This document shows positions 1-10,569 of a DNA stretch of 64,000 nucleotides, piece by piece. The notes beneath the pieces were generated by a model. That model saw only the letters and a list, made by a program, of their open reading frames with translations. It was not told the origin of the DNA and searched no databases. The stretch comes from Planctomycetota bacterium (lineage in GTDB: Bacteria > Planctomycetota > Planctomycetia > Pirellulales > UBA1268). The stretch spans positions 25,323-89,322 of the forward strand of contig VGZO01000008.1 of NCBI GenBank assembly GCA_016872555.1. Direction: 5' to 3'. Each line of letters begins with the position of its first letter. Position 1 is the stretch's first letter. The position numbers were made by a program, and so were the translations under genes.

Positions 1-1
1 G

Positions 2-307
2 CTGGCCTTCGACGTCGTCGACCAGCCCGACCCGATGGTCGAACTGTCGCCGTGGCGCCATGTCCATCCGCCGCACCTCGTCGACCGCTCGCTCCGGAGC
101 CAGCGCGGCGAATTCCGCCTCGTCGACCTCGGCGACGGCCGGACGCGCCTCGAGGGGCGGACCTGGTACGTGTTCGACATGCACCCGCAGGGCTACTGGA
201 CGCTGTGGAGCGACCTGTCGATCCACCGGATCCACCGCCGCGTCCTCGACCACATCAAGCGCCTGGCGGAGGCCGATGCGGCGCGGGAGACGGTCACCGC
301 CCGGTGA
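2..307 (+). CDS. SRPBCC/START-fold-like protein, C-terminal fragment (5' end outside window)
   Basis: Frame-2 ORF is open to the window edge (LAFDVVDQPDPMVELSPW...). Amino-acid composition is ordinary. The family call rests only on remembered similarity of the tail TWYVFDMHPQGYWTLWSDLSIHRIHRRVLDHIKRLAE. Confidence 0.45.
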   Translation: MAFDVVDQPDPMVELSPWRHVHPPHLVDRSLRSQRGEFRLVDLGDGRTRLEGRTWYVFDMHPQGYWTLWSDLSIHRIHRRVLDHIKRLAEADAARETVTAR

Positions 308-1985
308 GCGCCTCGGGGCGGGTGAGGACGAGCATGTGGCCGTGGTCGCTGGTCAGAATCACGACCGTGTCGGTCCAACCGCCGTGGGCCTCGATCCAGC
401 CGGTCAGAGCCCGGAAGGCGGCGTCGCCCGACAGCGCCGCGCCGATCGCGGCATCGAGATTGTTGCCATGCGCGGCCCAGTCGACGTCGCCGGCCTCGAC
501 CATGAGCCAGAACGGCCCCCGCGCCGCGAGGACGTCGAGCGCGGCGACGGTCATCTCGGCGAGCGAGGGATTCTCGGCGAGATCGGCCGGTGTGTAGCGG
601 ATCGGCTTGGAGTATTTCCGCTTCAGCCCCTCGAGCCGCTCGCGGTCGGCGTCGGGGAGGAACACCGGGTCGAACTTCCCGTCGGCGGTGGTGAACGGCA
701 GGTTCCCCTCGGCGGTGCCGAAGAAGCCGCACAGGCGGCTGCCGTCGGCAATGCATTCCCGCGTTGCGGCGGCGAGCACCTCCGCGCCGTCGCGCCCCGC
801 CGTCCGCCGCGCGACGCGGTAGCGGCCGCCGTTGGCGACGTCGATGGCAGCGAGCGTCGAGGCGGCGACGTATTTGTTGCCCGGTTCGAGATTCGTCCCC
901 TGCTGCTGCACTTCTTTCTCCATCTCGGCGGGTTTGACGTCGACGCCATGGCCGCAGCCGATGACGACGTCGAGTCCGGCAAGCGCCGCGTCGCGGTGGG
1001 AGACCGAACGCTCGCCGAGCATGTCGCGGGAGATGTCCTGGTAGTCGTCGCGCGAGACGTTGTGGGCGTAGGCGCAGCCGGGCGTGGCGTGGGGAATCGG
1101 CACGCTCGTCACGACGCCGACGGCGAATCCCTGGCGCTGGAGCCGGTGGGCGATCGTGTCGAGCCGGCCACCGACGGGATCGACGTTGATCGCGTCGTTG
1201 TAGGTCTTGTGGCCGGTGCACAGTGACGTCGCCGAGGCCGCCGAATCGGTCACGGCATGGGGGCGCTCGCGGTCCTTGCCGATCAGGTAGGTGGGGTTGG
1301 CAGCCGGATCCCACGGCGTGCGCCCGCCGCGGAGCGCGGCATAGCCCCCCGGCGCCGTGCCGCCGGGATTGGTGACCGCCTGGGCGTCGACGTCGACCTT
1401 CGTGCCGTCGTTGGCGGGGCTGGTGACGCACAGGCCGAAGTCGGTGACCGTGCCGGCGTAGTCCTGGAACGACAGCCCGGTGCCGCGACCGTCACGGTAG
1501 GCGACCGTGCCCGAGGCGGCGATCGCCGCCGAGCGCGTCAGCGTCCAATCCATCCCGTCGAACACGACCAGCACCACCCGCTTCGCACCGCGGGCGACCG
1601 CCTCGGCCTGGAGGCGGAAGACGTCGGTCTGGTCGAAGTGGTCGGCGCCGGGGTCGAGGGTCTCGTCGGGCAGCCGGCCGTACAACGCCTCGAGGCGCGC
1701 CCGATCGCGATACACGCTCCGTTCGCCGGCGACGTCCGCCAGTGTCATCCCGAACGAGTAGACCGGGATCAGCCGGTTGGAGTGATTCGACCAGGAGACG
1801 TAGCGGTCGGGCTGGTCGCCCCAGAAGCCCCAGTCGGCCACGCCCGTCGCCTCGGCGGTCCACTGCAGCGCCGCGAGTCGGTCGCCCGCCCGCGGGGTGC
1901 CGTCGGGTGGTCCCTGGCCGGCCGCTTGAAACCCGGACAGGCACACCAACGACACGAGCAGGCAGGCGACGAACCGGTGGCGCAT
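294..1985 (-). CDS. alkaline phosphatase family protein (secreted)
   Basis: Start moved to the ATG at 1985, giving a signal-like N-terminus MRHRFVACLLVSLVCLSGFQA. Motifs VVFDGMD, TDSAASATSLCTGHKT and VILTSDHGH are typical of PhoA-type alkaline phosphatases. Confidence 0.85.
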   Translation of the reverse strand: MRHRFVACLLVSLVCLSGFQAAGQGPPDGTPRAGDRLAALQWTAEATGVADWGFWGDQPDRYVSWSNHSNRLIPVYSFGMTLADVAGERSVYRDRARLEALYGRLPDETLDPGADHFDQTDVFRLQAEAVARGAKRVVLVVFDGMDWTLTRSAAIAASGTVAYRDGRGTGLSFQDYAGTVTDFGLCVTSPANDGTKVDVDAQAVTNPGGTAPGGYAALRGGRTPWDPAANPTYLIGKDRERPHAVTDSAASATSLCTGHKTYNDAINVDPVGGRLDTIAHRLQRQGFAVGVVTSVPIPHATPGCAYAHNVSRDDYQDISRDMLGERSVSHRDAALAGLDVVIGCGHGVDVKPAEMEKEVQQQGTNLEPGNKYVAASTLAAIDVANGGRYRVARRTAGRDGAEVLAAATRECIADGSRLCGFFGTAEGNLPFTTADGKFDPVFLPDADRERLEGLKRKYSKPIRYTPADLAENPSLAEMTVAALDVLAARGPFWLMVEAGDVDWAAHGNNLDAAIGAALSGDAAFRALTGWIEAHGGWTDTVVILTSDHGHMLVLTRPEALTGR

Positions 1986-2043
1986 GGCGGATCTCCGGGG
2001 AACGACGTCCACTGCGGCGCGGCCGGCGATCCCGGGCCGCCGC

Positions 2044-3657
2044 TCAGGCCGGCACGTCGTCCCACATCGGACACCACAGCGGCATCCGCGGGAAGAGCCA
2101 TGACGCAAATCTCACGGCCGCCTGCGTCGAGGGGACGATCGCCCCGCGGCCGGCCGCTTCGGCGGAATCGCTCTGGCCGAGGACGAGGCGCGTGAGCTCC
2201 TCCGGCGGCAGCCGGAGGTAGCTGCGCCCGATCCGGCCGGTGTGGAGCGTCGCCCGCCCGTCGGCGATCACGATCGATCCACGGAAGCCCGGTTGCCCGT
2301 CGCCGGCGGCGGCGTCGAGCCCCAGTTCCACCGGGTCGGTGATCCCGGCGGCCGCGAGGCGCGGAGCCATCGAGCCGACCAGCGCCGTGATCACGGCGGC
2401 CGGGTCGGGGAGGCGGGCGACGATCATCCGCTCGCCGGCGGCCAAGGCCGGCTCGGGGCCGGCGACCGCGTCGTGGAGCGGATCGGAGGCGGCCGACTCG
2501 AAGAGGATCTCCTGGCGGTCGTTCTCGATCGCCTCGGCACACACCCGGGCGAGCAGGTCGCGCTCGACGCCGGGAAACTCCGGGTCGGCCAGCAGCTCGA
2601 GCACGCGGTTGCCCGACTGGATGCAGTAGCCGACGATCCGCGCGGTCGTCTCGTGGAGGTCGTAGCGATCCTGACCGACCAGCGCCACGAGGAGCGAATC
2701 GAAGCCACCACGGCTCACCAGCCAGCGCGAGTAGACCTCGCCGCGCTCGGCGGGACCGACGAACCGGCCGGCGTTGCTGCCGTAGATCCGCAGGATCGCC
2801 GGCAGCTCGACATGGCGCCACTGGCGCATCGACACCACCTCGCCGTCGCGCGGCGGGGCGTCGAGGAGCCGGGCGAGGATCTCGGCCGGACGTCCGGGAG
2901 TGGCGCGATCACGGCCGAGGATCGTCCACCCCAGGTCCTGGAACGACCCCGGCACGCGCGTCCGCGCGAAGGCGACCCCGGCCCGAACGGCCGTCAGCCG
3001 GGCTTCGGCGGCGCGGATCAGCCGCTGGCCATGGCCGGCACCGCGGCATTCGGGGAGGACCGCCACCCGGTCGACGACGGCGCCGCGGAGCGGCGCCCCG
3101 CCGACCAGCACCGTCCGTGGCTGGACCTCGACATGCCCGACGATCCGCCCCGCCAGCCGGGCGACGAGGCGGTTGGCCGCATCGTGCTCGGGGTGGTCGA
3201 TGATCGCGTGGAACTCGGCTTTGCTCGGCGGGTGCGGCAGGCCGGTGAGGAGCTGGAGAATCTCCGCCTGTTCCCCCGCGCGGGCCCCGGCCACCTCGCA
3301 TTCGGCGAGCATCCACGCCGGCGGCGCGGCGGGGGCGACAGGGTGCTCGGGGAGGTGCCAGACGGCCCGGCGGCGCTTCGCGGCCCGGGCGCGGTACAGC
3401 GTCGACGTGGGGCGGATCACGATCGACGCGATGCTGTCGTCGGACGCCGGTGCGTCGCCCGCCGTGTCGGGCGCGATTTCGAGGGGTGGCTCGTGGCCAT
3501 CGGCCACCGGGGCCGCCCGCCGCGACGACCGGCGCGTCGTCCGCTGTGCCGGGCGGGAGGGCTTCCCTGCCGCCTTCGCTTCACGCGTCGTCGTGGCCGA
3601 TGATCCGGCGCCGACCAGACCGCGGAACGCCTTGCCCGACCGTGCCCCCCGAGCCAT
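2044..3657 (-). CDS. GNAT family N-acetyltransferase, Eis-like architecture (GNAT + C-terminal SCP2-like region)
   Basis: GNAT motif A is present (VAVLPECRGAGHGQRLI). The long C-terminal region resembles Eis-type enzymes. The N-terminal ~115 aa are Arg/Ala-rich and low-complexity, so the alternative ATG at 3312 (MLAECEV) is possible. Confidence 0.65.
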   Translation of the reverse strand: MARGARSGKAFRGLVGAGSSATTTREAKAAGKPSRPAQRTTRRSSRRAAPVADGHEPPLEIAPDTAGDAPASDDSIASIVIRPTSTLYRARAAKRRRAVWHLPEHPVAPAAPPAWMLAECEVAGARAGEQAEILQLLTGLPHPPSKAEFHAIIDHPEHDAANRLVARLAGRIVGHVEVQPRTVLVGGAPLRGAVVDRVAVLPECRGAGHGQRLIRAAEARLTAVRAGVAFARTRVPGSFQDLGWTILGRDRATPGRPAEILARLLDAPPRDGEVVSMRQWRHVELPAILRIYGSNAGRFVGPAERGEVYSRWLVSRGGFDSLLVALVGQDRYDLHETTARIVGYCIQSGNRVLELLADPEFPGVERDLLARVCAEAIENDRQEILFESAASDPLHDAVAGPEPALAAGERMIVARLPDPAAVITALVGSMAPRLAAAGITDPVELGLDAAAGDGQPGFRGSIVIADGRATLHTGRIGRSYLRLPPEELTRLVLGQSDSAEAAGRGAIVPSTQAAVRFASWLFPRMPLWCPMWDDVPA

Positions 3658-3716
3658 GAGTCCTCCTCTCCCTGGAGTGCCTTCCCAGTCCGTTGGGCGT
3701 CAAGATACGGCGCGAC

Positions 3717-5381
3717 TCACCCCTTTTCCAGTAGCAGGAACCTGCGCAGGACGGTTTCCGGAAAAAAGCACCACGGATACTCCCGCGCCCGCAACAGCGC
3801 CGTGGCGCGCACGCGAGTCGCCAACGGTTCGACGTGTGCCTCGAGCGCCACGCGCGCCGGCTCGGCGCGAGCGGCGAGCGCCTCGTTGGCGGCGCGGATC
3901 TCGTGACACCGGCGCCGGGCGAGCGTCGGCGTCGGTGGTGTCTCGATCCACTGCCACTTGCGGCGGACGAGCGCCTCCACCTCCGGTGAGCGCGGCGCGG
4001 CGGGGAGATGCCGCTCCGGGTGGTAGCGCAGGTCGCGGAGCCGGTGGCGAACCAGCCCCAACTCCGCGTGCGGGTCGGAGCCGGCGAGCCCGGGGAAGAC
4101 GTTCTCCAAGGGGAGGTGCAGCGTGCCGGTGACGACGGCATAGCGCGGCTGCTCGCAGCCCGTGAGCCGCTCGACGATGTCGTCGGTGAGCCGGTCGTAG
4201 GCCGCCCCGCCGATGCCGTGCACGAACACGTCGGCGACCAGCAACCGGGCGACGAGCGTCGTCACCAGGGCCCGGGGGCGGAGGCAGAGGCGGTGCTCCT
4301 CGAGCCGGGCCAACGCGTCGACCCATTTCGACGGCGACGTCTCCGGGGTGATCGGCAGCTCGAGCCGGAGCGATTCGAGGTCGGAGAGCAGCAACGTCCC
4401 CGCGGTGCCGGCGTTGGCGTAGACGCGGCGGCGCTGCGGATCGTCGCGCGACCAGATCCACCACGGCACCTCGAACCATGGGCCCTCCCCCGGCCCGCCG
4501 TCGCGGACGACGAGGTCGGGGACGGGGCGGCCGTGGCCTCGGATCCGGTGGCGCCGCCGGTGCGCCGCCAGCGCCGCGTTGTAGGCCTCGTGGACCTCGC
4601 GGGCGCGCGACAACAGCCAGCCCATCAGCACCGACACGGTGGGGAGGCGGACCAACTCGCTGACCGGCAGCTCGAGCGTCTGCAGTCCGAGCCGCTCCTC
4701 CAGCGCGTGACGCGCCTGGGCGATCGCCAGGCCGAGGCGGTGGCTCTCGGCGGCGCGCTCGACGACCAGCGGCCACCAGCGCGCGAGGATCGGGTCGGGG
4801 ACCAGCGGCCGGAGCAGGTCGGTGGCACGGCGGCCGAAGCTGGCGAACGTGTCGGCGGCGACGACGGGGCGTTCCTCCCACGGCATCTCGGAGGCCTCGC
4901 CGTCGAACGCCACGTGCTCGAGGCGCGCGTCGTCGGGGGTGCCGATCGGGAGCGGCACCGCGGCGCGGGCGCAGCGGTCGGTGTCGACGACGAGGTTCAA
5001 GGCCGTGCCGCCGACCTGCCGGGCGTAGGCGTCGAGGGCGAAGTTTTTCAGCCACACGCCCGGATGAAACAGGTCGGGCTGGTGGCCGGCCATCACGATC
5101 GGCCGGGCGATCCAGTCGGCGACGTCGGTGGGACGGTCGACGTCGCGGTAGCTGGCGGTGTAGGTGGCGGCGACGGCGAGGACCTCGCGCCGCGTGGCCG
5201 CGATCAGCTCCCACAGCCGGAGGTCGCCGATCGTCGTGCCGAACGCCGCCCGGAGGAGGCGGTTGTTGTCGACGAGCCTGTCGATGCAGGCCGGCGAGCC
5301 GGCACCGGACACCACCGGGGGATCGACGAGCCGGGCACCGTCGGCCTCGGGGGCGCGGTGGGCAGGGCGTGGGATCGGCAT
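3717..5381 (-). CDS. conserved hypothetical protein (555 aa), weak BshC-like motifs
   Basis: Start set to the ATG at 5381 (MPIPRP), which avoids overlap with the upstream GT2 gene. Composition is normal. The segment MAGHQPDLFHPGVWLKNF resembles the GQQxGLxxGPxYxxxK segment of BshC-type ligases; this is from memory only. Confidence 0.55.
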   Translation of the reverse strand: MPIPRPAHRAPEADGARLVDPPVVSGAGSPACIDRLVDNNRLLRAAFGTTIGDLRLWELIAATRREVLAVAATYTASYRDVDRPTDVADWIARPIVMAGHQPDLFHPGVWLKNFALDAYARQVGGTALNLVVDTDRCARAAVPLPIGTPDDARLEHVAFDGEASEMPWEERPVVAADTFASFGRRATDLLRPLVPDPILARWWPLVVERAAESHRLGLAIAQARHALEERLGLQTLELPVSELVRLPTVSVLMGWLLSRAREVHEAYNAALAAHRRRHRIRGHGRPVPDLVVRDGGPGEGPWFEVPWWIWSRDDPQRRRVYANAGTAGTLLLSDLESLRLELPITPETSPSKWVDALARLEEHRLCLRPRALVTTLVARLLVADVFVHGIGGAAYDRLTDDIVERLTGCEQPRYAVVTGTLHLPLENVFPGLAGSDPHAELGLVRHRLRDLRYHPERHLPAAPRSPEVEALVRRKWQWIETPPTPTLARRRCHEIRAANEALAARAEPARVALEAHVEPLATRVRATALLRAREYPWCFFPETVLRRFLLLEKG

Positions 5382-5502
5382 GCACAAGGCGCGGTCGCCC
5401 GCGTGGTCCCCCTCGGTCCGCTCCGGTCGGCGTCCGCCACCGGACGGTGGCCATGGCAGCCACGCCACCGTGGCCGGCGTCGCGCCATTCCCGGCCGGAA
5501 GT

Positions 5503-6297
5503 TCAGCAGTGTGCCGCCGCGAGCGGATCCTGGCTAGCGCGATTGGCCGCGGGGAGCGGCGGCGCTGCAGGAAGGCGCCAGCCGACGGCCGCCTCGGCGC
5601 GGTCGAGGACGGCGCGGTAATGGGCGAGGCGCGTCTCGGCGTCGTCGAGGGCGCCGCCGAAGCTCCTCGAGAGGTCGAGGTACAGCAGCGGGACGGGGAG
5701 TTCGACGATCGACAGGCCCGCGGCCGCCGCCTGGACCCAGACCTCGAGCGGCATCGCGTAGCCCGTCTCGGTGATCGCCAGGGCCGCCAGTGCCCGCCGC
5801 GAGTAGGCCTTGAAGCCGCAGAAGGCGTCGGTGATCGACAGGCCGAGCCGGGCATTGATCTCAGCGGTGATCGTGGCGTTGATCCGCCGCCGGGCCTCGG
5901 GGGGCTGGCTGTCGCCGGGGAAACGCCGCAGGTAACGGCTGCCGCTGACGATATCGGCGCCGCGGACGGGATCGCTTGCCAGCGCGAGAAACTCGGGGAT
6001 CAACCGCGGCTGGTGCTGGCCGTCGCAGTCGATCGTCACCAGCCCGTCCCACCCGCCGGCCAGCGCCTCGCGGAAGGCGGTCGCCAACGCCGCCCCGTAG
6101 CCCAGGTTCCGCGGATGATGGACGACGCGGACGTCGCCGCGGGCCTCGATCCGGTCGGCGAGGATCCGGGCCGTCCCGTCCGTCGAGCCGTCGTCGACGA
6201 CGCACACGTCGGCGGTGTGGCGGAGGACCTCGTCGAGGACGCCGTCGACATGCGCCGCCTCGTTGAACACCGGCAGGGCCGTGAGGAACCGGGGCAT
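5503..6297 (-). CDS. family 2 glycosyltransferase (dolichyl-phosphate-mannose-synthase-like)
   Basis: Start at ATG 6297 (MPRFLTALPVFNE). Motifs VVDDGSTDGT and TIDCDGQHQP are present. Confidence 0.85.
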   Translation of the reverse strand: MPRFLTALPVFNEAAHVDGVLDEVLRHTADVCVVDDGSTDGTARILADRIEARGDVRVVHHPRNLGYGAALATAFREALAGGWDGLVTIDCDGQHQPRLIPEFLALASDPVRGADIVSGSRYLRRFPGDSQPPEARRRINATITAEINARLGLSITDAFCGFKAYSRRALAALAITETGYAMPLEVWVQAAAAGLSIVELPVPLLYLDLSRSFGGALDDAETRLAHYRAVLDRAEAAVGWRLPAAPPLPAANRASQDPLAAAHC

Positions 6298-6411
6298 GGC
6301 AGGTCCGCCGTGGGGGGGATCGGAGGGGCGCCCTGGCGTCGGGAGGAGTTTTGCCGCACCCCCGGGCCCGATCCCCCAAGCGTAGCGCCGCATTCCGGCC
6401 GGGCAACGAAA

Positions 6412-7233
6412 TCAGCCCTGCAGCGGCAGCCACGGGAGCGGATCGCGGTCGAATCGGCTCTCTCGGCACTCGATGCCGGGCACCGCTGCCTCGAGACGGC
6501 GGCCGAGGGACCGCATCCCGAATTGCTCGCTCGCCTGGTGGCCGACGGCGACCACGGCCACGTCGGCATGGTCGGCCGCGAGGGCGTCGTGGAGGCGCAG
6601 CTCGCCGGTCACGAGCGTCCGGCAGCCGGCGGCGCTGGCCAGCGGAAGACACTCCCCGCCGCTGCCGCACACGATCCCCACCCGCCCGGCCGGCCGGCGG
6701 GGGTCGCCGACCACGTGCGCGCCACAGACGCCCAGGGCGCGGCACAGGCGTGCGGCGACATCGGCCACGGTCGTCAACGCCGGGGAGTCGTCGGGCAGGC
6801 CGCCGCGCCCCGTGCCGACGGTGGGATCGACGGCGTCGGCCACCAGCGGCCTGACATCGGCCAGTCCGAGGAGCGCGGCGAGCTGGTCGTTGATGCCTCC
6901 GGCGGCCGAATCCCAGGCGGTGTGCGAGCTCCACACGCCGATCCCCGCGGTCGCCAGATCGAGGAGCAGGCTGCCGGGCAGACTGTCGTCGACCAGCCGC
7001 GCCACCGGCTTGAACGGGAGCGGATGGTGGGAGACGACCAGGTCGACGCGCTCGGCCACCGCCTCATGGACGACGGCCGATGTCACCGACAGGCAGGTGA
7101 GGATCCGACCGATCGCCGGGCGCCGCGTCGCCACGAGCAGGCCGACGGCATCCCACGGCGCGGCGAGCCGCAGCGGCGCGATCGCTTCCAGGGCCTCGAC
7201 GACGGTGGCCAGCGCGGGCATGCCGGAGAGCAT
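6412..7233 (-). CDS. Nif3-like dinuclear metal center protein
   Basis: Motifs DLVVSHHPLPFKP, SSHTAWDSAAGGINDQLA and TGELRLHD are present. Start is ATG 7233 (MLSGMPAL) or ATG 7221. Confidence 0.8.
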   Translation of the reverse strand: MLSGMPALATVVEALEAIAPLRLAAPWDAVGLLVATRRPAIGRILTCLSVTSAVVHEAVAERVDLVVSHHPLPFKPVARLVDDSLPGSLLLDLATAGIGVWSSHTAWDSAAGGINDQLAALLGLADVRPLVADAVDPTVGTGRGGLPDDSPALTTVADVAARLCRALGVCGAHVVGDPRRPAGRVGIVCGSGGECLPLASAAGCRTLVTGELRLHDALAADHADVAVVAVGHQASEQFGMRSLGRRLEAAVPGIECRESRFDRDPLPWLPLQG

Positions 7234-7269
7234 ACAATTCGGCGGCCTTCGTTCCCCGGGGAATGCTCC

Positions 7270-8064
7270 GTGAGCCCGTTCCGCCTGTGCACTGCGACCG
7301 TCCACCTCTCCGGTTCGCTGCGCTCGGCCCTGCGGCGGGCGCGGACCCTCGGGCTCGACGGCGTCGAGATCGACGCCCGCAACACCCCCGGGGCCGACAG
7401 CCTGTCGAAGACCGGCCGGCGCCAGGTGCGGAAGTGGATCGCCGACGAGGGACTCGCCGTCGCGGCGGTCGCCTTCCCGACGCGCGGCGGCTACGCCGAC
7501 CCCGACCGGCTCGAGGGGCGGATCGCTGCCACGAAGGAGGCAATGACGCTGGCCCACGATCTGGGTGCCGGGCTGGTCTACAACCACGTCGGCGACATTC
7601 CGCCGCCCGGTGCCGACGGCACCCGTGACCCGCGCCGGGCGCTGTTGCTGGAGGTGCTCGGCGATCTGGGCGCGTGGGGGAGCCGCTGCGGGGCGCTATT
7701 CGCCGCCGAGGTCGGTCGGGCGGCGCCCGCCGAGATCGCCACCCTGCTCGACGAGCTCCCCGAGGGGGCGATCGGCTGCCAGCTCGTGACCGGGGCCCTG
7801 GTGGTCAACCGCCACGATCCCGCCGCTACCGTCGCCGTGCTCGGCGACCGGATCCTCCACGTCCATGCCACCGACGCGATCTCGGGGCCGATCGCCGGCC
7901 GCGGGCGGAGCGTGGTCCTCGGGACAGGCCAGGTCGATCTGCCGACGATCCTCGCGGCCCTCGACGACCACGGCTATCGCGGCTGGATCGGCATCGAGCC
8001 GGTCGACACGATCGGCACCGATTCCGAGATCGCCGCGGCCATGCAGGCGATCGCGGCGGTGTGA
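7270..8064 (+). CDS. sugar phosphate isomerase/epimerase (xylose-isomerase-like TIM barrel)
   Basis: This is the C-terminal 265 codons of the 5164..8064 ORF. GTG start at 7270, in frame. Motifs LGLDGVEID, EAMTLAHDLGAGLV, HVHATD and GYRGWIGIEP are present. The upstream part of the ORF is antisense shadow over other genes. Confidence 0.75.
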   Translation: MSPFRLCTATVHLSGSLRSALRRARTLGLDGVEIDARNTPGADSLSKTGRRQVRKWIADEGLAVAAVAFPTRGGYADPDRLEGRIAATKEAMTLAHDLGAGLVYNHVGDIPPPGADGTRDPRRALLLEVLGDLGAWGSRCGALFAAEVGRAAPAEIATLLDELPEGAIGCQLVTGALVVNRHDPAATVAVLGDRILHVHATDAISGPIAGRGRSVVLGTGQVDLPTILAALDDHGYRGWIGIEPVDTIGTDSEIAAAMQAIAAV

Positions 8065-8118
8065 GCGGTGGGATGGCGCGGGCATTCCTGCCCAGGCCCT
8101 TTTGGGCCGCCGCCGCGC

Positions 8119-8157
8119 AAAAAAACCGGGGCCCGCGGTCGGCCGCGGGCCCCGGTT
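8119..8157 (-). terminator. Rho-independent terminator after the DUF1559 operon (bidirectional hairpin between convergent genes)
   Basis: Perfect inverted repeat AACCGGGGCCCGCGG/CCGCGGGCCCCGGTT with a 4-nt loop (8124-8157). On the minus strand it is followed by a run of 7 T (8119-8125). Confidence 0.8.
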
Positions 8158-8184
8158 GAGTTCACAGGACGAGTCGCCGCCGGC

Positions 8185-9303
8185 TCACTCGTTGGCGGTG
8201 TTCTCGGCGCCGGCCTTCGAGCCCAGCGCCCCCCACACGCCGAACGGGCTGGGCGTCTTGTCTTTGTAGGCGACGACCGTCCCGGTGTTGCCGGTGTCGA
8301 TGTTGTCGGCGATGAATCGCACCGAGGCGTCGCAGAACGCCACGCTCACACCACCCGGATGGTAGCTCGACGGCGGCTGGACTGCGTGGTCGTCGTCGGC
8401 ATTATTGATCGGCGCACCGCCCGTGCCCTGACCGGCACCGCACGACGGGGAGTTGGGCGGCAGGACGGTGTTGAAGCCGACCCGGCCGACCTGGCCGTCG
8501 GTCCACTTGTCGCCCCAGTACTGCTTGATGTTGGTACCGGCCACATAGAACTGACCGGCCGCGAGCGTGAGGCAGGCGTTGGGGGTCAAACGGACGGATC
8601 CCAGATGCGCGACGCCGACCCGGATCGGCACGGTGTCCGTCGTGCGGAAGCTGGTGCCGTTTCCACGGATCCGCTCGCTCATCAGGATCGTCTTGCTCGT
8701 GCCATCGACGATATCGGCGATCGTCGTTCCACGCGGCGTGATCGGCGTCGTCCCGCGGTACGCCGTCCGGGTAAACGCTCCGCGGCCGAAGTTGTCTTGC
8801 GTGCGAAGGTTGCTGACCTGATCACCCACGGAAAGCGCGTACGAGTTGGAGGAGATCCGCGAGTCGTTCTCGGTGTCGACCGGGCAGCTCAGGGCCCGCG
8901 GAGCGGTGTTCCACACCGACCAACTGATCCACGCGTACGGTCCACCGGCGGCGATTCCGCCGCCGCCGGCCTGGATCTGGTTGTACATGTTGACTTCCTC
9001 GATGAACGGCAGCAGCTCGACGAATGCACTTCGCCGCGCCGCGTTGTTCGCCGACGAGGGGCCGCCATTCGCCCAGCAACAGGTGCCGCCGGCCGACGCC
9101 GGCAGCGACTTGTTGGTGTTCTCGTAATTCAGGCTGGCCAACGCCAGTTGCTTGATCTTGTTGGTGCAGGCGCTGCGCTGCGCGGCGGCACGCGCGGCTT
9201 GGACCGCGGGCAAGAGCAGGCCGACGAGCGTACCGATGATCGCGATCACGACCAGCAGCTCGACGAGCGTGAAGCCACGCCGGCTGGGATGGGGCTTGTT
9301 CAT
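8185..9303 (-). CDS. DUF1559 / H-X9-DG domain protein with prepilin-type N-terminal methylation motif
   Basis: Start at ATG 9303. N-terminus is [32 protein letters not shown]-terminal signature [26 protein letters not shown] is present. Confidence 0.85.
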   Translation of the reverse strand: MNKPHPSRRGFTLVELLVVIAIIGTLVGLLLPAVQAARAAAQRSACTNKIKQLALASLNYENTNKSLPASAGGTCCWANGGPSSANNAARRSAFVELLPFIEEVNMYNQIQAGGGGIAAGGPYAWISWSVWNTAPRALSCPVDTENDSRISSNSYALSVGDQVSNLRTQDNFGRGAFTRTAYRGTTPITPRGTTIADIVDGTSKTILMSERIRGNGTSFRTTDTVPIRVGVAHLGSVRLTPNACLTLAAGQFYVAGTNIKQYWGDKWTDGQVGRVGFNTVLPPNSPSCGAGQGTGGAPINNADDDHAVQPPSSYHPGGVSVAFCDASVRFIADNIDTGNTGTVVAYKDKTPSPFGVWGALGSKAGAENTANE

Positions 9304-9427
9304 GGCAACGGGTCCTCGGAAGGAAGTCACGGACGAATGGGACGGATGGATGAAGGGACCGAAACAAACATCTCGAGTGGAAACCGGCAGGCGGGCACCG
9401 AACACGGAATGAACCAATTCAATCGAC

Positions 9428-9919
9428 TCATTTCGCAAGCTCGAAATCGAACGTCGTCGAGCCACCCCCGACGGTCGCCCGAAGTCCCGACTCGCGCGGA
9501 TTGTTGAAACGGGGGGGAATCAGGCTCTTGGCAGGCGGCGGCTCCTTGAGACCTTCCGGGGGAACGTAGTCATCGGAGTTCGCGTTCGCGGATGAACCAG
9601 TCGCCGCTGCCGTTTCATTCTTGACGATCGCGACGCCGTAGTCTCCTGCCACCGCGCCGTCTCCCGCCTCGAACGAAGTCAGGACGTATTTCCCGGCGTC
9701 ATCGGTGATACCGACAGCGGCTCGCCCCCCGGCAGCCACGGGCTGGAAGCTGACGGTTGCGCCGGGCACGGGGGTTCCGTTCATCGTCACCTTCCCCGAC
9801 ACCTTGATGGTAGACGGACGCTTGGGGCCCGACGAGCAGGCCGGGACTGCGACGAGCAGGGCGAGGGCCCCGCCAACGGCCAGAAAACGCGACGCAGTGC
9901 TGCCGGCGAACGAAAGCAT
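9428..9919 (-). CDS. small lipoprotein with carboxypeptidase-regulatory-like beta domain
   Basis: Start at ATG 9919. Lipobox is LLVAVPAC. The segments [19 protein letters not shown]...[11 protein letters not shown] are present. It is a paralog of the 10033..10569 product. Confidence 0.7.
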   Translation of the reverse strand: MLSFAGSTASRFLAVGGALALLVAVPACSSGPKRPSTIKVSGKVTMNGTPVPGATVSFQPVAAGGRAAVGITDDAGKYVLTSFEAGDGAVAGDYGVAIVKNETAAATGSSANANSDDYVPPEGLKEPPPAKSLIPPRFNNPRESGLRATVGGGSTTFDFELAK

Positions 9920-10032
9920 CGAGCGGGGTGCCCTGTGGATGAGTGGACGAAGAACAGGTGGACAGAAGAGGTACGAAACAAACCCAGGCATGCCAGACAA
10001 GCGAAACGAACGAAGAGTCAGCCGACAGAGCG

Positions 10033-10569
10033 TCAATTCTTCAGGTCGAAGACCGCGGGGGCGTTCTCGCCATCCTTGACCTCGACGGTGAGGCCGGACG
10101 TCTTGGCTGCCTTGTACTTGGCCGGGAGCAACTCCTTGGCACCCTTCACGACAGCAGTCACCGCCGTCGAGGGATCATAGGAAGGATCGTCGGCGGTGAG
10201 GGCCCGTCCATCGGGAAACGCCGTCTTGGCGACGGTCACCAGATACTTGCCCGGCACCGCCCCGTCGCGCGATTCGAACGTGGTGAAATTCACCACGCCC
10301 TCGGCGTTGGTCATCCCCGAAGCGGCGTTCCCGGAGCCCCCCTCGGGGGCGAGCACGACCGTCGCCCCTTCGACGGGCGCTCCGTCGAGCGTCACCTTCC
10401 CCGAAAACGGCACCCGCTTGGGGCGCGTATCGACCGGCTTGGCGCAGCCCGCCGTCGCCACCAGCGCGACGACCGCGAGCACGCAAACAAGTGAGCCGAC
10501 ACGTGACGATCCGAGCCCGTCGACCGTTTCCCGTCGCCGACGAATTCCCGAAAGCATGGAGCGGCTCAT
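10033..10569 (-). CDS. small lipoprotein with carboxypeptidase-regulatory-like beta domain
   Basis: ATG 10569 overlaps the upstream stop (ATGA coupling). Lipobox is LVATAGC. The segments [19 protein letters not shown]...[11 protein letters not shown] are present. Confidence 0.7.
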   Translation of the reverse strand: MSRSMLSGIRRRRETVDGLGSSRVGSLVCVLAVVALVATAGCAKPVDTRPKRVPFSGKVTLDGAPVEGATVVLAPEGGSGNAASGMTNAEGVVNFTTFESRDGAVPGKYLVTVAKTAFPDGRALTADDPSYDPSTAVTAVVKGAKELLPAKYKAAKTSGLTVEVKDGENAPAVFDLKN

